From the NCBI GenBank assembly GCA_002269645.1, contig NIVC01000124.1, positions 124,001-188,000 on the forward strand: a stretch of 64,000 nucleotides of DNA, in the 5' to 3' direction. Position 1 is the stretch's first letter. Every line of letters starts with the position of its first letter. The notes under the pieces were generated by a model. That model had not been told where the DNA came from. It saw only the letters and a program-made list of their open reading frames with translations, and did not search any database. Position numbers and translations under genes: made by a program. Below are positions 26,331 to 64,000 of the stretch, one piece after another. This DNA is from Macrostomum lignano. Its lineage: Eukaryota.

Positions 26331-26749
26331 CCCATGTCGCCAGTTTATTCCATCGACATAGGTACAGATATGCACGAATATAATATGTAATGCTAACGTC
26401 CATCCGACCAGAGCTTGTAGGAAGCAAGTAAAACAGTTCAAAAAAGGGAAAATAACCAACAACTGCTGCGTCATGGTGGACGACGAGCCGTCTTTGCAAG
26501 CAGCTGTGTTTTCTTAGAAACCTATAACAAGCACAGAAAGACAAGAAGCAACAGTTAATTAGTATTGAAAACGCTAGGTGTAAAAAGGGTGCAGCTTGGA
26601 TTGACAAGGCCACCCTCCACCCCCCTATTAGCATTAAGCTACGTAGGAGGCTTTCAGTGAGGAGGCGTTGCCGCCTATTTCGCTAATACGAGCGTATTTG
26701 CGGAGCGAGAGTCAGACATCCAATAAAATAATTACTCTGACTTTTTCAG

Positions 26750-58910
<32,161 letters not shown>

Positions 58911-60064
58911 CTTACATAGCTTACTGATTTTGTACTCAAGCAAACTTTTCGAGTAAATAATAACATTGAGTTGCTTGTAAATCTCTGTAAAAATTATGTA
59001 AAACTTGTGCTTTATTCACTATTCGATTCGATATTTATTCAATGTGTAATTTGTTGCTCATTAAATTATGCATAGCTTCTATTACCAAGGTTTATGGTAT
59101 GAAAACTATATACAAAGACGCAAATCTTTAATCAAAATCAAGAACATTGGAATACTTTGCTTCTTTATATTTTAAGAGTAATATTTTAATCGTTATGGTG
59201 CCACAGTGCCAGAACTGTACCTGCTACTTTTAAACATTTTAGTTTAGTTTCCAATCATTTTCACTGAACAGTACTCGAAGGCCACACGCACAAAAGGAAC
59301 CAGCAAAGCATCTGATGATGCCCTTGGAGTGTCGAAAATTTCCAAATTTCTACAATCGCTACAGCAGGCAGAAGCTCAAGGCATGCAGACTCACCTTTTA
59401 ACTTGAATTGCAATTTTTTTCTTTAACGACTTTTCTATTGTATAAGAACGACAGGGGGTGCTCAACTAACACTGCTAGAGAAGAGAGAAAGAGAGGAAAT
59501 CTGTGGGTATGAGGGCGGGTTAGAGGCAGCTGCAGTCTCTGGAGAGGCTGGTCATCATCAATCAGCGCTTCTTTCATAGAAAAAATTCCTTTGAGCGCTG
59601 ACTCAAAACGCCTCTGCAGACCCCCAGGTGATTAATTGGTCAAATCGTCTATGAGCGCCCCTAATACTGACACCTTTTCTCTCGTCAAAAGCCACGGACA
59701 ACTAAAGACTCCAAAAATCAGTCATTTTTTAGACAACTTTAAGCTGGCTATGGCTTCACCCCCAGGTTTAGCTATAAAAATTTTGCTCAGCTCTATTTCT
59801 CTTTCAATTGAGCATGAATGAGTCTGGCCACTTCAATTGGGCTTCTCCATGCTCCACCACCATCCAGATTCTTGAGACATTATTTACAATGACCCTGTAT
59901 GGCGATATATAATGGTATGAAATGTTGCAATTTTATATCCATACTGAAAGGCGGTTTTCAAGTGTATTCTTTTTTGTTAGAGCCAATTGGACCCGAAGTA
60001 ATGTATTTTTATGGCACGCCAGTTTTATAATTATGCTGGGAAAAATGACAAAGGTAGAGAAAAT

Positions 60065-60735
60065 GACAGGCAGAGAGGCAGAGAGAAAGAGGGGGTAGGA
60101 GGGAGAGAGTGAGAGTGAGAGAGGAGGGAGAGACAGGGAAGAGAGAGTGAGAGGGAGAGAGGGAGAGGGAGAGAGGGAGAGGGTGAGAGAGAGAGGGTGA
60201 GGGGGAGAGGGAGAGAGGGTGAGAGGGAGAGGGTGAGAGAGAAGGAGGGGGAAAGAGGAAGAGGGAGAGGGAGAGAGTGAGAGGGAGAGGGGAGGGAGAG
60301 AGGGAGAGGGAGAGAGAGTGAGAGGGAGAGGGGAGGAAGAGAGTGAGAGGGAGAGGGGAGGGAGAGAGGAAGAGGGAGAGAGAGTGAGAGGGAGAGGGGA
60401 GGGAGAGAGGGAGAGGGAGAGAGAGGGAGAGGGAGAGGGGAGGGAGAGAGGGAGAGAGGGAGAAGGTGAGAGGGAGAGGGTCAGAGGGAGAGGGTCAAGG
60501 GAGAGGGAGAGAGGGAGAGGGTGAGAGGGAGCGAGAGGGAGAGAAGGAGAGGGAAAGAGGACGAGGGAGAGGGAGAGAGGGAGAGGGAGAGGGAGGGAGA
60601 GAGGGAGAGAGGGAGAGGGTGAGAGGGAGAGAGGGAGAGAGGGAGAGGGTGAGAGGGAGAGAGGGAGAGAAGGAGAAGGAAAGAGGAAGAGGGAGAGGGA
60701 GAGAGTGAGAGGGAGAAAAAGAGAGGGAGAAAGAG
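60065..60735. repeat. Degenerate (GA/GAGG)-rich purine tract
   Basis: Low-complexity run. Confidence 0.9.
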
Positions 60736-61605
60736 ATGAGCAGAGGAAATATTGGACAAGAAGGAATCAGAGTTAGAAGCAGTCCCAGTCTGCTCGAAAG
60801 CACAACATATCCCGGACATCTTTAAAAAAGTATTCAACAAGAAAAACTAAAATACAGGGTATTTTTGAGCCTGCCTGTCAATCGCAAGAACAGCACGAGG
60901 GATGCCCTGCTCCACCTCCAGTCGATGAGCTTTTATCTCCGCCACGGGCAGTTTGTTGGCTCAGTTTATTGCACAAAGCTCCACTTTAACGATCTGTTAA
61001 AGTGGTTTTGTGTGAGCACTGGGGGCCGCCCCACCAGCCCTTCAGTCCGTGTTTATCCACCTGCTATCGTTGCGTTAACCCCCCCCCCCAAACAGTTCTA
61101 TCGACTCGACTTTTCCCTGTTCCCCTATATATAATCCCGAACTGAGCTCAAGCCCACGAGGCATATTTGAGTAGAATAAACACACTGCAGGTCCTGAAAG
61201 GTGTGTGCATAGTGATTAACAGAAAAGCAGGTGTGCTAGTGTCTAGTCCCTGTATATTCTCGATAATTTATTATTTCAGAATTGGAATCTAATTGAAGCA
61301 GGTGCAACAGGTGCAGGACAGAATAGCTAATTCAAGTCCTGCATACAAAAGCTATTGCAGAATAAAATAATCAAAGACTGTTCAGAGCATTACAGACCAG
61401 CACCTCAAAAATAGATTTGCTGAAAGCTTAAAACAATTAATAACGAATAGAAAGTCAATCAGGGCTGATGTACACCCTTGTGAGCTCTGGATGGCTATGG
61501 GACAATGTCGCCCAGGGGTGTCGCCATGAAGCCAGGAATTCTATAGATCTGCATGACTAAATTGCTAGGTTTACATGTACACTATTTTCATAATCGGTGT
61601 TTTCA

Positions 61606-62678
61606 GCACTCATTTTGGCGCCGCAGGCACTCATTTTGGCGCCGCAGACACTCATTTTGGCGCTGCAGGCACTCATTTTGGCGCCGCAGGCACTCATTTT
61701 GGCGCTGCAGGCACTCATTTTGGCGCCGCAGGCACTCATTTTGGCGCCGCAGGCACTCATTTTGGCGCCGCAGACACTCATTTTGGCGCTGCAGGCACTC
61801 ATTTTGGCGCCGCAGGCACTCATTTTGGCGCTGCAGGCACTCATTTTGGCGCCGCAGGCACTCATTTTGGCGCCGCAGGAACTTATTTTAGCGCCACAGA
61901 CACTCACTTTAGCGCCGCAGACACTCATTTTAGCGCCGCAGGCACTCATTTTAGCGCCGCAGGCACTCATTTTAGCGCCGCAGGAACTTATTTTAGCGCC
62001 ACAGACACTCACTTTAGCGCCGCAGACACTCATTTTAGCGCCGCAGGCACTCATTTTAGCGCCGCAGGCACTCATTTTAGCGCCACAGGCACTCATTTTA
62101 GCGCCGCAGGAACTCATTTTAGCGCCGCAGGAACTTATTTTAGCGCCACAGACACTCACTTTAGCGCCGCAGGCACTCATTTTGGCGCCACAGGCACTCA
62201 TTTAGGCGCCACAGGCACTCATTTTAGCGCCGCAGGCACTCATTTTGGCGCCGCAGACACTCATTTTGGCGCCGCAGGCACTCATTTTGGCGCCGCAGGC
62301 ACTCATTTTGGCGCTGCAGGCACTTATTTTGGCGCTGTAGGAACTGTAGGAACTCATTTTGGCGCCACAGGCACTCATTTTGGCGCCGTAGGCACCTATT
62401 TTGGCGCCGCAGGCACTCATTTTGGCGCCATAGACACTCATTTTGGCGCCGCCGTAGGCACTCATTTTGGCGCCGTAGGCACCTATTTTGGCGCCGCAGG
62501 CACTCATTTTGGCGCCATAGACACTCATTTTGGCGCCGCCGTAGGCACTCATTTTGGCGCTGTAGGAACTGTAGGAACTTATTTTAGCGCCGCAGGCACT
62601 CATTTTGGCGCCACAGGCACTCATTTTGGCGCCACAGGCACTCATTTTGGCGCCGCAGGCACTCATTTTGGCGCCACA
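61606..62678. repeat. 21-bp minisatellite (CACTCATTTTGGCGCCGCAGG)n
   Basis: Tandem units, with an internal block of the TTTTAGCGCC variant at about 61885-62180. Confidence 0.96.
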
Positions 62679-63269
62679 TCCACTATGTGTTTGTCCCCCT
62701 GAAGCAAAATTATTGATTTCCATAACGGGTCACAAAGATGGGATGGGGGGAACAAAGCATTGGCATGTCCCCCCATAGCTTTTACTGGGGGGACATGTTC
62801 TCCCCCCCCGGGGTGGCTGTCGCCAGTTAAAAACATAGTTATTGAGCTTTATTCTTCAGATCTAATGAAACTAAACTGTCACGTGTGAAAATCCGAGTTT
62901 TTCAACGAGGTTTAAGTTAATATTATAAGTTACTCGCCCACTGCTCAATCAGTACACGACAGTGCGCACACTGCATGCTTATGACTTGATTGATTGATAT
63001 CAATTGAATATCTTGAATATTGACAAGGATATACAAGACTCCTTGGTAACAGGGACTTGGTTCCTATCCTAACAGCCATTGTGCAGTCGTGTCTTTTGTG
63101 CCTCGTGTCGCTGGCGGCTATTGAAATGCTAATGTCTGTGCCTAGATAAAAGTCAGTAACCATTTTTTTCTGTAAAAATGTCATCAACTATGCTGAGAAG
63201 CAGTATAGACAAGCTATTGACATTTTGAGCATTAGGAAACTGACATGGATTGACTCTCATTCTCATTTC

Positions 63270-64000
63270 GACGCCATCGCTCTCATTTTGGCGCCATCGC
63301 TCTCATTTTGGCGCCATCGCTCTCATTTAGGGCACATCGCTTTCATTCAGGGCGCCATCGCTTTCATTTAGGGCGCCATCGCTCTCATTTAGGGCGCCAT
63401 CGCTTTCATTTAGGGCGCCATCGCTTTCATTTAGGCGCCATCGCTCTCGTTTAGGGCGCCATCGCTTTTATTTTGGCGCCATCGCTTTCATTTAGGCGCC
63501 ATCGCTCTCATTTTGGCGCCATCGCTCTCATTTAGGCGCCATCGCTCTCATTTAGGGCGCCATCGCTCTCATTTAGGGCGCCATCGCTTTCATTCAGGGC
63601 ACATCGCTCTCATTTAGGGCGCCATCGCTCTCATTTAGGGCGCCATCGCTTTCATTTAGGGCGCCATCGCTCTCATTTAGGGCGCCATCGCTCTCATTTA
63701 GGGCGCCATCGCTCTCATTTAGGGCGCCATCGCTCTCATTTAGGGCGCCATCGCTTTCATTCAGGGCACATCGCTCTCATTTAGCGCGCCATCGCTCTCA
63801 TTTTGGCGCCATCGCTCTCATTTAGGGCACATCGCTTTCATTTAGGGCGCCATCGCTCTCATTTAGGGCGCTATCGCTTTCATTCAGGGCACATCGCTCT
63901 CATTTAGGGCGCCATCGCTCTCATTTAGGGCGCCATCGCTTTCATTTAGGGCGCCATCGCTCTCATTTAGGGTGCCATCGCTCTCATTTAGGGCGCCATC
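63270..64000. repeat. 20-21-bp minisatellite (CTCTCATTTAGGGCGCCATCG)n, running off-window
   Basis: Tandem units sharing CTCATTT..GGCGCC with the 61.6-kb array. Confidence 0.96.

Noticed and set aside
22575-26634. Short minus-strand ORFs at 22575, 24211, 26286 and 26320
   Set aside because: They have no recognisable motifs, are AT-richer than the confirmed exons, and form no convincing splice chain.
59312-59350. Hammerhead-like CTGATGA...GAAA
   Set aside because: There is no G10.1-C11.1 stem II once the core is assigned, and stem I cannot form. The CTGATGA at 1417 also lacks stem II.

Overview
Eukaryotic (metazoan) genomic DNA with GT-AG introns and GC-rich exons, separated by a very dense set of micro- and minisatellites. 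The style suggests a flatworm such as Macrostomum, but that is inference only. I rebuilt the gene models by hand from splice sites and codon phases. (1) The 3' 14 exons of a phosphoinositide phospholipase C (PH-EF-X-Y-C2; 584-13182, +); its 5' end is off-window. (2) An orphan ORF with one transmembrane (TM) segment (16690-17222, -). (3) A 4-exon, 548-aa LRR single-pass receptor with no TIR domain (18220-21794, +). (4) A 5-exon, 1088-aa delta-type protocadherin with 7 cadherin repeats (26750-58910, +). Its intron 2 holds a 14-kb array of a 33-bp satellite. Its intron 3 holds a full-length antisense LOA-like non-LTR retrotransposon (52501-57880) with an exact 14-bp target-site duplication (TSD), a (TAAG)n tail, a TAATG ORF1/ORF2 stop-start overlap and an APE-RT-RNaseH-CCHC ORF2 broken by three 1-bp homopolymer deletions. 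About 30 tandem arrays fill introns and intergenic space. The best leads are: an inverted minisatellite pair flanking the PLC catalytic exons (circRNA/dsRNA geometry); a candidate short protocadherin isoform ending before the giant satellite; the retroelement's coupled translation and partially HDV-ribozyme-like 5' UTR; and a shared TTTTGGCGCC core and MITE-like scaffolds among the arrays. I found no rRNA, tRNA or CRISPR array. The ~4000-aa ORFs are artefacts of the satellite.
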